Below, one piece after another: positions 40,551 through 48,938 of a stretch of DNA of 64,000 nt; within the stretch, counting starts at the first letter, position 1; each line of letters begins with the position of its first letter. Both the position numbers and the translations under genes were made by a program. A model generated the notes under the pieces. The model had not been told where the DNA came from and ran no database searches. It was given only the letters and a program-made list of their open reading frames with translations. The stretch is taken from contig CAXXOA010000002.1 of NCBI GenBank assembly GCA_963666275.2, positions 1,408,001 through 1,472,000 of the forward strand, given 5' to 3'. This DNA comes from Oceanispirochaeta sp. Lineage in GTDB: Bacteria > Spirochaetota > Spirochaetia > DSM-2461.

Positions 40551-41453
40551 CTAAAAATGGCCGTGGAAATCTTTTATGGACTGAAAACCCGAGGTCTCCA
40601 TGTAATTTCTGATTCCTTCCAGAACCTCTCCCGAAGCATCGGGGTTTATGAAATTTCCCGTCCCGATCTGGATGGCGGACGCACCGGCAAGCAGGTATTC
40701 CACCGCATGCTCCCAGGCCATTATGCCTCCCAGACCGATCACGGGTATGGTGATGGCATGACTGATTTTCCAGACAGCCGCAACACCCACGGGGCGGACC
40801 GCTGGGCCTGACATTCCTCCTGTCACCGCTGGGATGGCAGGTTTCCTTTTGTGGATATCCACCACCATGCCAGTCACTGTATTTATGGCCGAAACCGCAT
40901 CGGCGCCGCCGGCTTCCGCCGCCCGGGCGATAACAGTGATATCAGTCACATTGGGTGTCAGTTTCATGATCAGTGGCTTTTCCGTGAGTTTCCGCAGGGA
41001 TTTTGTCAGCCTTTCCACCTGAACCGGATCGGTACCGAACGCCAGGCCTCCGTGCTTTACATTGGGGCAGGATATATTGACTTCATACCCCCATACCGCA
41101 TCCTGATCGTCTACCCGGCTGATAACTCCGGCGTAATCCTCTTCGGTACTTCCCGCAACATTCAGAATCGACGGGCATCCCAGGGTTTTCAGAAAGGGAA
41201 TCTTTTCCTTTATAAAGCCTTCTACGCCTACGTTGGCCAGCCCGATGGAGTTGATCATACCCGCCGGGGTTTCCACAAGACGGGGCAGGGGGTTGCCCGG
41301 CCTTGGTTCCATGGTGACCGCTTTGGTATAGATGGCTCCCAGATTATTCAGGTCTGTCAGGGATGCATATTCCTGACCGTAACCGAAGGTGCCCGATGCA
41401 ACTCCCACCGGGTTGGAAAGTGTCTTCTTTCCTATTCTGACTGTCAGGTCCAT
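40551..41453 (-). CDS. pyrD: Dihydroorotate dehydrogenase class 1B, catalytic subunit
   Basis: ASGTFGYG, GNPLPRLVET, EVNISCPNV, KLTPNVTDI, GGMSGPAVRP. Confidence 0.96.
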   Translation of the reverse strand: MDLTVRIGKKTLSNPVGVASGTFGYGQEYASLTDLNNLGAIYTKAVTMEPRPGNPLPRLVETPAGMINSIGLANVGVEGFIKEKIPFLKTLGCPSILNVAGSTEEDYAGVISRVDDQDAVWGYEVNISCPNVKHGGLAFGTDPVQVERLTKSLRKLTEKPLIMKLTPNVTDITVIARAAEAGGADAVSAINTVTGMVVDIHKRKPAIPAVTGGMSGPAVRPVGVAAVWKISHAITIPVIGLGGIMAWEHAVEYLLAGASAIQIGTGNFINPDASGEVLEGIRNYMETSGFQSIKDFHGHF

Positions 41454-42220
41454 TTTATCCTCCTGGAATCAAATACAGGCCCCTCTTTGCAGACCCGGGC
41501 GTACTTTTCAGGGCCAACCACCTCAATGGCACAGCCCATACAGGCTCCTACACCGCAGGCCATCATCTGTTCCATGGCTGTTTCAGAGGGGATTTCTCTC
41601 TCTTCCGCCAGGCTATGGCAGGCCAGCAGCATTCCGTGAGGACCGCAGGAGTAGAGAGAGGGTTTTGTAAAATCATCCCAGTTCAGAGATTTAAGGAATT
41701 CAACAGAGGTTCCTTTGAATCCTTCCGAACCGTCGTCAGTACAGAAATGGATCTTTCCATGGGACAGCTCGGGAAGACGGGGGATAAACTCTTTTGACCG
41801 GCAGCCGAAAATCAGACGGGGAGCAAAACCCCGATCATCCAGGTAGCGGGCAAAATAGAGGATAGGCCCCAGGCCGATCCCACCGGCAACAAGAAGGGGG
41901 GTCGATCCCTCCGCAGGCAGAGAGAACGAGTTCCCCAGAGGGCTGAGGATCTCAATATTTTTTCCCTCAGCCAGTTCAGAAAGGAGCCTTGTGGCGGGGC
42001 CTCTCACCTGATAGATGATGGAGGCCAGATTCCTTTTTTCGTCAAATCCCGAAAGGGCGAAGGGACGCCGCAGCAGGGGGGCCGGATTTTCAGACGCTTT
42101 AATCGTGAGAAACTGGCCAGGCAGAGGACGTCCTGCTTCTTCGGGCCAGGAAAAGGACATTTCCCTGTAACCCAGGGCTATCTCGTTTTGACCGAGGATT
42201 GAGGTTGTGAAGTTTTTCAT
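41444..42220 (-). CDS. pyrK: Dihydroorotate dehydrogenase electron transfer subunit
   Basis: LLRRPF, VAGGIGLGP, TDDGS, CGP, MACGVGACMGC...VCKEGPVF. Confidence 0.95.
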   Translation of the reverse strand: MKNFTTSILGQNEIALGYREMSFSWPEEAGRPLPGQFLTIKASENPAPLLRRPFALSGFDEKRNLASIIYQVRGPATRLLSELAEGKNIEILSPLGNSFSLPAEGSTPLLVAGGIGLGPILYFARYLDDRGFAPRLIFGCRSKEFIPRLPELSHGKIHFCTDDGSEGFKGTSVEFLKSLNWDDFTKPSLYSCGPHGMLLACHSLAEEREIPSETAMEQMMACGVGACMGCAIEVVGPEKYARVCKEGPVFDSRRIKWT

Positions 42221-42224
42221 GGGT

Positions 42225-42656
42225 TCAGCCTTCCAGGATATTCTTAAGCTCTTCTGTCCTATCTTCAAACTGCTGATTCAGATAGGCCGTCAGGTTTTTT
42301 ATTTTCATGGCCGTATCCTGGCCGATGGAGTGTTCTATTTTACAGGCTTCTTCTTCCGCCAGTTCCGGATTGAGCTGGAGAGCCTGTTCCAGAAACGCTG
42401 TCAGAATCTCATGTTTGCCCAGGATTCTTCTGGCAATCTCATTGCCTTTGGGAGTCAGATTGATAAATGAGTTCTTCTCGTACTCTATCATTCCTCTGGA
42501 TTTGAGGTTTTTCAGGGCTCCTGTGACAGAAGGCATCTGTACAGAAAGCTTTTCCGCTATATCTTTTACCCGGGCCACTCTGTTCTTCTTTTCCAGCTGC
42601 AGTATTGCTTCCAGATAGTCCTCCAGGCTGGGAGTCAGTTTCAATTTTTTTTCCAT
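42225..42656 (-). CDS. DtxR/MntR-family metal-dependent transcriptional regulator
   Basis: SLEDYLEAI, RVKDIAEKLSVQMPSVT, KHEIL, EEACKIEH. Confidence 0.93.
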   Translation of the reverse strand: MEKKLKLTPSLEDYLEAILQLEKKNRVARVKDIAEKLSVQMPSVTGALKNLKSRGMIEYEKNSFINLTPKGNEIARRILGKHEILTAFLEQALQLNPELAEEEACKIEHSIGQDTAMKIKNLTAYLNQQFEDRTEELKNILEG

Positions 42657-42715
42657 ATCTCATTCTTAGCAGATAAAAAGATTATTGACAAGGAATTGTT
42701 ATAGTCATGTCTAAT

Positions 42716-43252
42716 TTAATTAGCCTTTTTTGCCTTGCGGATACTCCAGAGAAATTCCCATTCCACATGGCGCCACCAGGGGGCTCCGCTCTCCCACTGG
42801 AGGCGGATCAGGCCGAAACGATAGGTTTTCCAGCTGGTATCTGGAGGTGCAGGGCAGATATCCGGGAGTTGGGGTTTGTATGGAAAATCTGCGGGATGCA
42901 GGAGGATTCCGTTCCAGTTGAAAAAAGGTGCATCCACAGGGACCGGGGCTGGTTTTCCATGTATGCCCCTGAGACAGGACGCCGCCCTGTCTTTCAGATC
43001 CGGGTCGGATAACTCCAGGACAATGCCCGGGGAGCTTTGGCTTATGCCTTTCAGGCTGAGATTCTCCAGAGCTTTCAATTTTTCCCTGTCCACCCTGTCG
43101 GGAGGAAAAAAACCTGAGAATCCCGCCAGAGGGACCATGAGCGGGAGGGGGTAGGCGAAACCGAACTGTTTCTGCATAGTATGGAGATATTTTTCAACCG
43201 GTCCTTCACTGCCTTCAGCAAACAGGAGGGCGGTGATATACTGAAATTCCAT
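42716..43252 (-). CDS. Hypothetical protein
   Basis: 178-aa ORF in the same orientation as the downstream DtxR gene; no recognised motif. Confidence 0.55.
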   Translation of the reverse strand: MEFQYITALLFAEGSEGPVEKYLHTMQKQFGFAYPLPLMVPLAGFSGFFPPDRVDREKLKALENLSLKGISQSSPGIVLELSDPDLKDRAASCLRGIHGKPAPVPVDAPFFNWNGILLHPADFPYKPQLPDICPAPPDTSWKTYRFGLIRLQWESGAPWWRHVEWEFLWSIRKAKKAN

Positions 43253-43279
43253 TTTTACATTGTAGAATGAGGATTCTAT

Positions 43280-44812
43280 TTGGAAAAGAGAGCATCTTTA
43301 ATATTACTATTTCTGATCGCAGCACATCTTGCCGGGCAGGAGGCGGGGTTCCCGGTCAGCGATCATTCCTATATCCCCATGGGTATTGAAAATCCCTCTG
43401 TTTCTCCCCTTCCTGCGGCCCCATTTGAACAGAACACCCGTGGGGTTCTCCGTTTTTATCCCCCTCTGGAGGGGCAGAAGACCAGGGCTCTCAGTCTTAC
43501 AGTTCCGGAGAGTCTTCCCCGGACCGTTTTTTTTCTCAGCGATCAGGGAACTATTCCTGTCAATCTCTCGGGTTTACCCCGGGGAACGGTTCTCTCCATC
43601 CGGATTCCCGACAGTATGATCCTCCGGGGGCTCTCCTATTCTGAACCATTTCCCCCGCCCCGGGCGTTTGTGGAACTCCCGTCACAGGAGTCTCCTGAAA
43701 CAGGGCTTTTTATCGATCTTGACGCACCGGAAAGTCTTATCTACCGCCTTCCCCCGGATCTGCAGGCGGGGAAATCAGTCCTTTCTCTGAAAGTCCTGGC
43801 CTCCGGGAATTTAACCGTCACAGGCCCTGATGCTCTGCCTTTAAAGATAAAGGCCCGGGCAACCGAGCAGTCTCTGAGCCTGTTCAACCGCAACGGGAGT
43901 TCTGAATGGATTCTGGCGCCTCTGGAGAGCATCGGGGATCTCTCCTCTGCTACAGAAGAGCTTCCTTCCTTCCCGAATCCTCTGCCGGGGAACCTTTCGG
44001 ATATTCTCAATACACCGGCAGAAACCTGGAGAAACAGGGATTTTGAGCTTTACAGGTGGAATGACTTTCCCCGAATCCTGATCTGGGACTGTCTGGACTA
44101 TGATATACAGAACCGGTTCTTCCGGAGGCTCTCCTATTTTGTCGAGAAGAAGGGTTTCCGCGGATCCCTGATGACCAACAGGGAGCTTCAGGGACTCCAT
44201 GGCTGGAATGCCCACGACTACAGGCCCGAAGATCTGGCGGAATTCTACAATCTCGCGGAAAGTCAGGATTTTCCTCTTTACAAAGAAGAGTGGCTAATGC
44301 GTGATATCCTCGTCTCCCGGGGGATGCTTGTTAGAAATACCGGTGGAACCCTCTCTCCCGGAGAGGGCGCTGTCATCTCTATCTCACGGGAATCCTCCGC
44401 CGTTCTGAGGGAGCGTTTTCTCATTCATGAAGCCTCCCACGGTCTCTATTTTACAAGCGCCGAATACAGAGCCTTTTCGGCCCGTTTATGGGAGGGAATG
44501 ACTGAGGAGGACCGGAACATGTGGCGCTTTTTTCTGGGCTGGTACGGCTATGATCCCGCAGATGAAGACCTTATGATCAATGAGTTTCAGGCCTATCTTG
44601 TCCAGCAGAAAAAAGAGGTCGCCCCGGAGTATTTTAATATCCGGCTTTCCAACCTGATAGGTCTCTATCCCGGGCAGAGAGGCCTTCTGGAGAACGGAAC
44701 AGGCGGCAACAGTGAAAAATTCGAGCTCTGGTCCAGTCTTTTCAGCCACTGGCTCAGGGAAAAGTGGGGCATTGAGGCGGGCGATTTTTTCCGTCTGTAT
44801 AAGGATTTGTGA
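43280..44812 (+). CDS. Secreted hypothetical protein with HExxH motif (possible zincin)
   Basis: Signal peptide; FLIHEASHGLYF with downstream NEFQAY; GWNAHDY. Confidence 0.7.
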   Translation: MEKRASLILLFLIAAHLAGQEAGFPVSDHSYIPMGIENPSVSPLPAAPFEQNTRGVLRFYPPLEGQKTRALSLTVPESLPRTVFFLSDQGTIPVNLSGLPRGTVLSIRIPDSMILRGLSYSEPFPPPRAFVELPSQESPETGLFIDLDAPESLIYRLPPDLQAGKSVLSLKVLASGNLTVTGPDALPLKIKARATEQSLSLFNRNGSSEWILAPLESIGDLSSATEELPSFPNPLPGNLSDILNTPAETWRNRDFELYRWNDFPRILIWDCLDYDIQNRFFRRLSYFVEKKGFRGSLMTNRELQGLHGWNAHDYRPEDLAEFYNLAESQDFPLYKEEWLMRDILVSRGMLVRNTGGTLSPGEGAVISISRESSAVLRERFLIHEASHGLYFTSAEYRAFSARLWEGMTEEDRNMWRFFLGWYGYDPADEDLMINEFQAYLVQQKKEVAPEYFNIRLSNLIGLYPGQRGLLENGTGGNSEKFELWSSLFSHWLREKWGIEAGDFFRLYKDL

Positions 44813-44861
44813 CAAAAAAATCCCATGGGGAGAATTAATACGAAATCCTTCTGATTTCGGG

Positions 44862-44890
44862 TTTACATAGTTTTAGCAATTTGTTATATT
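44862..44890 (+). promoter_or_regulatory. Sigma70 promoter of rpmB
   Basis: TTTACA-17 bp-TATATT with an extended -10 TG. Confidence 0.65.
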
Positions 44891-44933
44891 TCTTCACGCT
44901 CAATCAAGAATGAAGCAAAGGTAGGAAATAGAT

Positions 44934-45161
44934 ATGTCTCGAAAATGCGAAATCTGTGGAAAAGGAACAGTCGCGGGACACAGTGTACCTCGGAAGGGTC
45001 TTCCGAAAAAGAAAGGCGGAGCTGGACAGCACATCGGTGTTAAGTCTAAAAGAACCTTCAAGCCTAACCTTTTGAAGGTGAAAGCTCTTGTTGCCGGTAC
45101 ACCTAAGTCCATGAAAGTCTGTACCAGATGCCTCAAATCCGGTAAGGTAGTTAAGGCGTAA
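44934..45161 (+). CDS. rpmB: 50S ribosomal protein L28 (Zn-ribbon form)
   Basis: MSRKCEICGK...KRTFKPNL...VCTRCLKSG. Confidence 0.97.
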   Translation: MSRKCEICGKGTVAGHSVPRKGLPKKKGGAGQHIGVKSKRTFKPNLLKVKALVAGTPKSMKVCTRCLKSGKVVKA

Positions 45162-45918
45162 CAGTAATGATCTGCCCGTCGTAGGCGGGCTCAACATTCA
45201 AATCGGTCAGTTCCTTTTTTAAAGTGAAGTGATCTACTTCATGACAGATATGTGTCAGATAAGCCCTTCCGGGGCTTATTTTTTTTATAACTTCCAGAGC
45301 CTGGGGAATTGAGAAATGGGTTGCATGCGGTTTATACCGGAGGGCGCCGATCACAAGGCAGTCCAGTCCCGAGAGTAATTTGATCGACTCTTCGGGAATA
45401 AAACTGCAGTCGGTTATATAGGCGAAACCGCCTATGCGGTAACCCAGGACGGGGAGGTTTCCATGCATCACGGGAATCGGCTGTATTTCAAGGTCTTCGA
45501 CAGTGAAGGCAGCCTCTCCTATGGTATTTAATGCTATTCTCGGGGTTCCTCCGGCTTTCTGAAAAGGCGCGGCAAAAATATAGGGGAATCTTTCGCGGAT
45601 TTCTCCGCACACATCCTCCCGGGCGTAAACAGGAACTTCCCTGTAGTAGCTGAAGGGCCGTATATCGTCCAGGCCGTGGAGATGATCCGCATGGGCATGA
45701 GTGTAGAGAATGCCGCTGATAACGGAAATATTCGCTTTCAGCGCCTGGAGCCTGAACTCGGTAGCTGTATCAATAAGGATTCCCGTACCCCGGTGCTCCA
45801 CATAAACAGAACAGCGGGATCTCTGATTTTCTCTGACCGTTGACCGGCAGACATCGCAATGACAGTTAACGACCGGAACCCCGTGAGAGGTTCCCGTGCC
45901 CAGGATCTTCACATTCAT
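45151..45918 (-). CDS. MBL-fold metallo-hydrolase (PhnP-like)
   Basis: LGTGTSHGVP, THAHADHLHGLDD, AYITD, THFS, LTHICH, AYDG. Confidence 0.92.
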   Translation of the reverse strand: MNVKILGTGTSHGVPVVNCHCDVCRSTVRENQRSRCSVYVEHRGTGILIDTATEFRLQALKANISVISGILYTHAHADHLHGLDDIRPFSYYREVPVYAREDVCGEIRERFPYIFAAPFQKAGGTPRIALNTIGEAAFTVEDLEIQPIPVMHGNLPVLGYRIGGFAYITDCSFIPEESIKLLSGLDCLVIGALRYKPHATHFSIPQALEVIKKISPGRAYLTHICHEVDHFTLKKELTDLNVEPAYDGQIITVTP

Positions 45919-46051
45919 ATAGTATTCATCCTAGCAGATACCTCTTTGTGGAGGAAGACCCGGTTTAAAATAAAAATGGTCTTTGACTTAATGGTTTTTT
46001 ACTGTACTCTGAATAACGAACGAAGCTTTTTTTGCGGTCTGAATCCGGGAG

Positions 46052-48859
46052 ATGACAAAGGAAATAATGGAACATTCGATTTCTTTAAAAAAATGGTATT
46101 TACAGATCTTGCTGCCTCTTCTGTTCCTCCTTTTTTTTGTCAGTATTACTCTCGTGATGGGGGCAACCGCCCATTCCATGAAGCAGCAGACCGGTGAAGT
46201 CCGCAAACTGATCAAGAATGTCATTACAATCAATCTGAACGTCCTGCAGGATATAAACATGGTCTATGATGCCATGCTTGGCGAACAGATCCGGGACAAA
46301 CTATCGGATTTTCGCGAGGCCTTTCATCAGGCGGGAGATAATCCGGACAGGATGGATCTGTTCAGCCTGAAAAACCGCTGGGGTTCCGAGTGGGATCTCT
46401 ATCTGATCGATTCCAGGCAAACCATCATCGATACAACCTATCTTTCCGACCAGGGACTGGACTTCCGGGACGTCTCGGAGGATTTTGCACAGAAACTGGA
46501 TGCCATCAGAAAACAGGGCCGTCCTGTGCTGGATAAAATCACCCACGAAAGCTTCGGTGAACACTGGCGGAAATTCGGGTATCTGGCTTCCAAGGGAGGG
46601 GAGTATCTTCTGGAAGTGGGGATGACCATCCCTATGGATGAGCCTCTCTACTACCCCATCAATCCCGAGTATATCGGAGAGCTCTACCGGAATGGCAACA
46701 GTGATCAGGTCAATGTGGAGATCTATCAGCTTGCCCAGCTGGAGGAGCTGACTGAGTTGGGACAGATCCGGCAGGAAATGCTGGACCGGGGAGAAGTCTA
46801 CAGGGAAGAGTGGAGCTGGAAAGAGGGAAGCCTGAACTGCTATCTCAACTATGTTCAGCCCGAACAGGAGGATTATCCCTCAATTGAGGAGTATTTCGTT
46901 ACCCTCCAGTATCCTCTTGAACTATACAGACAGCAGTGGACCCAGAGGGGTCTGATCTCAACAGTTCTTATTTCGGTTATCCTTCTGATAGGTTTCTTTT
47001 CAATATTGCGAATCATAAAGTCTCTGACTGTCCCCATTGAGAGGATGGTTGAAGATGTGACAACCATAGCCAGAGGGAACTGGTCTCATTCAATAAGAGA
47101 GCCCCGTGCCCGGGAGTTCCAGAAAATCAAGCTCTCGGTGGAGCATCTTGTCCTGGCGCTTCTCAATGAAAAAGCCTCGGTGGAAATCAGCGAGAGGCAG
47201 TACCGTCTGGCCCTGGAAGCGTCCCGGGATGCCATCTTTGAATGGTTTCCCCGGGAGCACTATCTCTATTTTTCCGATAACCTGGAGGATATTCTGGGGG
47301 TTTCATCCGGAGCCCTGCAGGGGCGCCTTCTGGAACAGTGGTTTTACAATCTCTTCACAACCGACAGCCTGAACATGTGGAAAAACACCATCAGGCAGAT
47401 CCTGGCAAAAGAGATCCGCCGGGTTAACATGGATATGCAGCTGAAAACCCTGGAGGGGGAGAAATGGCTGCTCCTGAGAGGCGCTGTGGAAGAGGAGGAC
47501 GGCCAGCTCAGGATTATCGGTATCCTGGCGGATATCTCCCTGTCCAAGAAAAGGGAACAGACTATTGAGACCCTGGCGTATACGGACTCTGTGTCCGGTA
47601 GGAAGAATCTCCTGGATTTCTATAAGAACCCCTATATTTTTCATGAGGAGAAAGCTGTCTGCGGATTTGCCATTGTCAATCTGGATGATTTTACACGGAT
47701 CAATACGACCTTCGGGCATGTGGTCGGGAACAGCGTTATCAGGGAGTTCTGCCTGAAAATTGAAGAAATAGCTGCAGAGCTCCATCAGGAGGAAAGCTGG
47801 TCCCTCTATCATATGAACATGGATAATATACTCCTTGTTTTCGAGGGTTTCTCCCAGCAGCGGACAGCGAAAAAGAGGATCATCCAGCTCTTTGACAGGC
47901 TCTGCAAAGGGATCTATCTGGCTCTGGAACGGGAGTTCTATTTCACTGTGTCCATAGGAGCGGTCGTGGCCAACTGCCGGATACAGAAAGAGAAGGAAGA
48001 CCTTGTCAGAAAAGCGGATATTGCCCTCCTTCAGGCCAAATCCCAGGGAAAGAACTCCCTTGTCTTCTACAAGTCAGAGTTTTCCTCGGGGTTTAAAGAT
48101 ACCTACAATATGATTCATCACATATGGGAGAACCTCCATAGCGATTCTCTCAGGATGGTTTATCAGCCCATTGTGGACTCCACAGGAAAAGATCCCGTTG
48201 GTTTTGAAGCCCTCCTCCGGATCGGTCAGGATAACCGGATTTCGCCGGCTGTCTATATTAAGGCCTCCGAAGATTCAGGGCTCATCCACCTCCTGGGATC
48301 CTGGATCATTCAGGAGTGTTTCCGGCAGGCAAAGGAGCTTCTGGACCGGAACCGGTCTTTCCGTTATGTGAGTGTGAATATTTCTCCCCTACAGTTCCGG
48401 GAACTGGATTTTGCCCGCAGTCTGGGCCGGATGTGCCGGGAATCGGGGATCCCTCCGGAAAAGATCCAGATAGAAATCACCGAAACCGCACTAATGGAGT
48501 CCGCAGAGAGGATGATCGGTTCCATCCGGACCCTTAAAGAGGCGGGATTCCGTATTGCTCTGGACGATTTCGGAACAGGCTACTCCTCTCTGGACTACCT
48601 GGCCCATCTTCCCATTGACGCGATCAAGATTGAAAAGAAAATGACCACAGAGGTTCAGCAGGATCTGAAAGTCCGGCGGGTGGTCACTCTGATCCTGCAA
48701 ATAGCCCGGGAACTTTCTCTGGAGGTCATCGCCGAAGGCGTGGAGGACTGGGAGCATGTCCGCTGGATGGTCGATCATGGCTGCAACCATCATCAGGGAT
48801 ACTATTACAGTAAGCCTCTGGATGCTGATTCTATAGACAACTACCTGTCGAGCAGATAA
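46052..48859 (+). CDS. Membrane c-di-GMP phosphodiesterase (sensor-HAMP-PAS-degenerate GGDEF-EAL)
   Basis: FEALLR, VSVNISP, EITE, DDFGTGYSS, AEGVE and QGYYYSKP all intact; the GGDEF position reads NMDNI. Confidence 0.9.
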   Translation: MTKEIMEHSISLKKWYLQILLPLLFLLFFVSITLVMGATAHSMKQQTGEVRKLIKNVITINLNVLQDINMVYDAMLGEQIRDKLSDFREAFHQAGDNPDRMDLFSLKNRWGSEWDLYLIDSRQTIIDTTYLSDQGLDFRDVSEDFAQKLDAIRKQGRPVLDKITHESFGEHWRKFGYLASKGGEYLLEVGMTIPMDEPLYYPINPEYIGELYRNGNSDQVNVEIYQLAQLEELTELGQIRQEMLDRGEVYREEWSWKEGSLNCYLNYVQPEQEDYPSIEEYFVTLQYPLELYRQQWTQRGLISTVLISVILLIGFFSILRIIKSLTVPIERMVEDVTTIARGNWSHSIREPRAREFQKIKLSVEHLVLALLNEKASVEISERQYRLALEASRDAIFEWFPREHYLYFSDNLEDILGVSSGALQGRLLEQWFYNLFTTDSLNMWKNTIRQILAKEIRRVNMDMQLKTLEGEKWLLLRGAVEEEDGQLRIIGILADISLSKKREQTIETLAYTDSVSGRKNLLDFYKNPYIFHEEKAVCGFAIVNLDDFTRINTTFGHVVGNSVIREFCLKIEEIAAELHQEESWSLYHMNMDNILLVFEGFSQQRTAKKRIIQLFDRLCKGIYLALEREFYFTVSIGAVVANCRIQKEKEDLVRKADIALLQAKSQGKNSLVFYKSEFSSGFKDTYNMIHHIWENLHSDSLRMVYQPIVDSTGKDPVGFEALLRIGQDNRISPAVYIKASEDSGLIHLLGSWIIQECFRQAKELLDRNRSFRYVSVNISPLQFRELDFARSLGRMCRESGIPPEKIQIEITETALMESAERMIGSIRTLKEAGFRIALDDFGTGYSSLDYLAHLPIDAIKIEKKMTTEVQQDLKVRRVVTLILQIARELSLEVIAEGVEDWEHVRWMVDHGCNHHQGYYYSKPLDADSIDNYLSSR

Positions 48860-48938
48860 TTATTGCCCTAAGCTGTATCAGGAACAAATGTTTTGTGCTA
48901 ATATTGCTGTATAATTAAAAGTAGAAAGAGGGTTATAA

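Noticed and set aside
45151..45161. Convergent 3' overlap of rpmB and the MBL hydrolase
   Set aside because: Short tail-to-tail overlaps are common, and nothing suggests a regulatory role.
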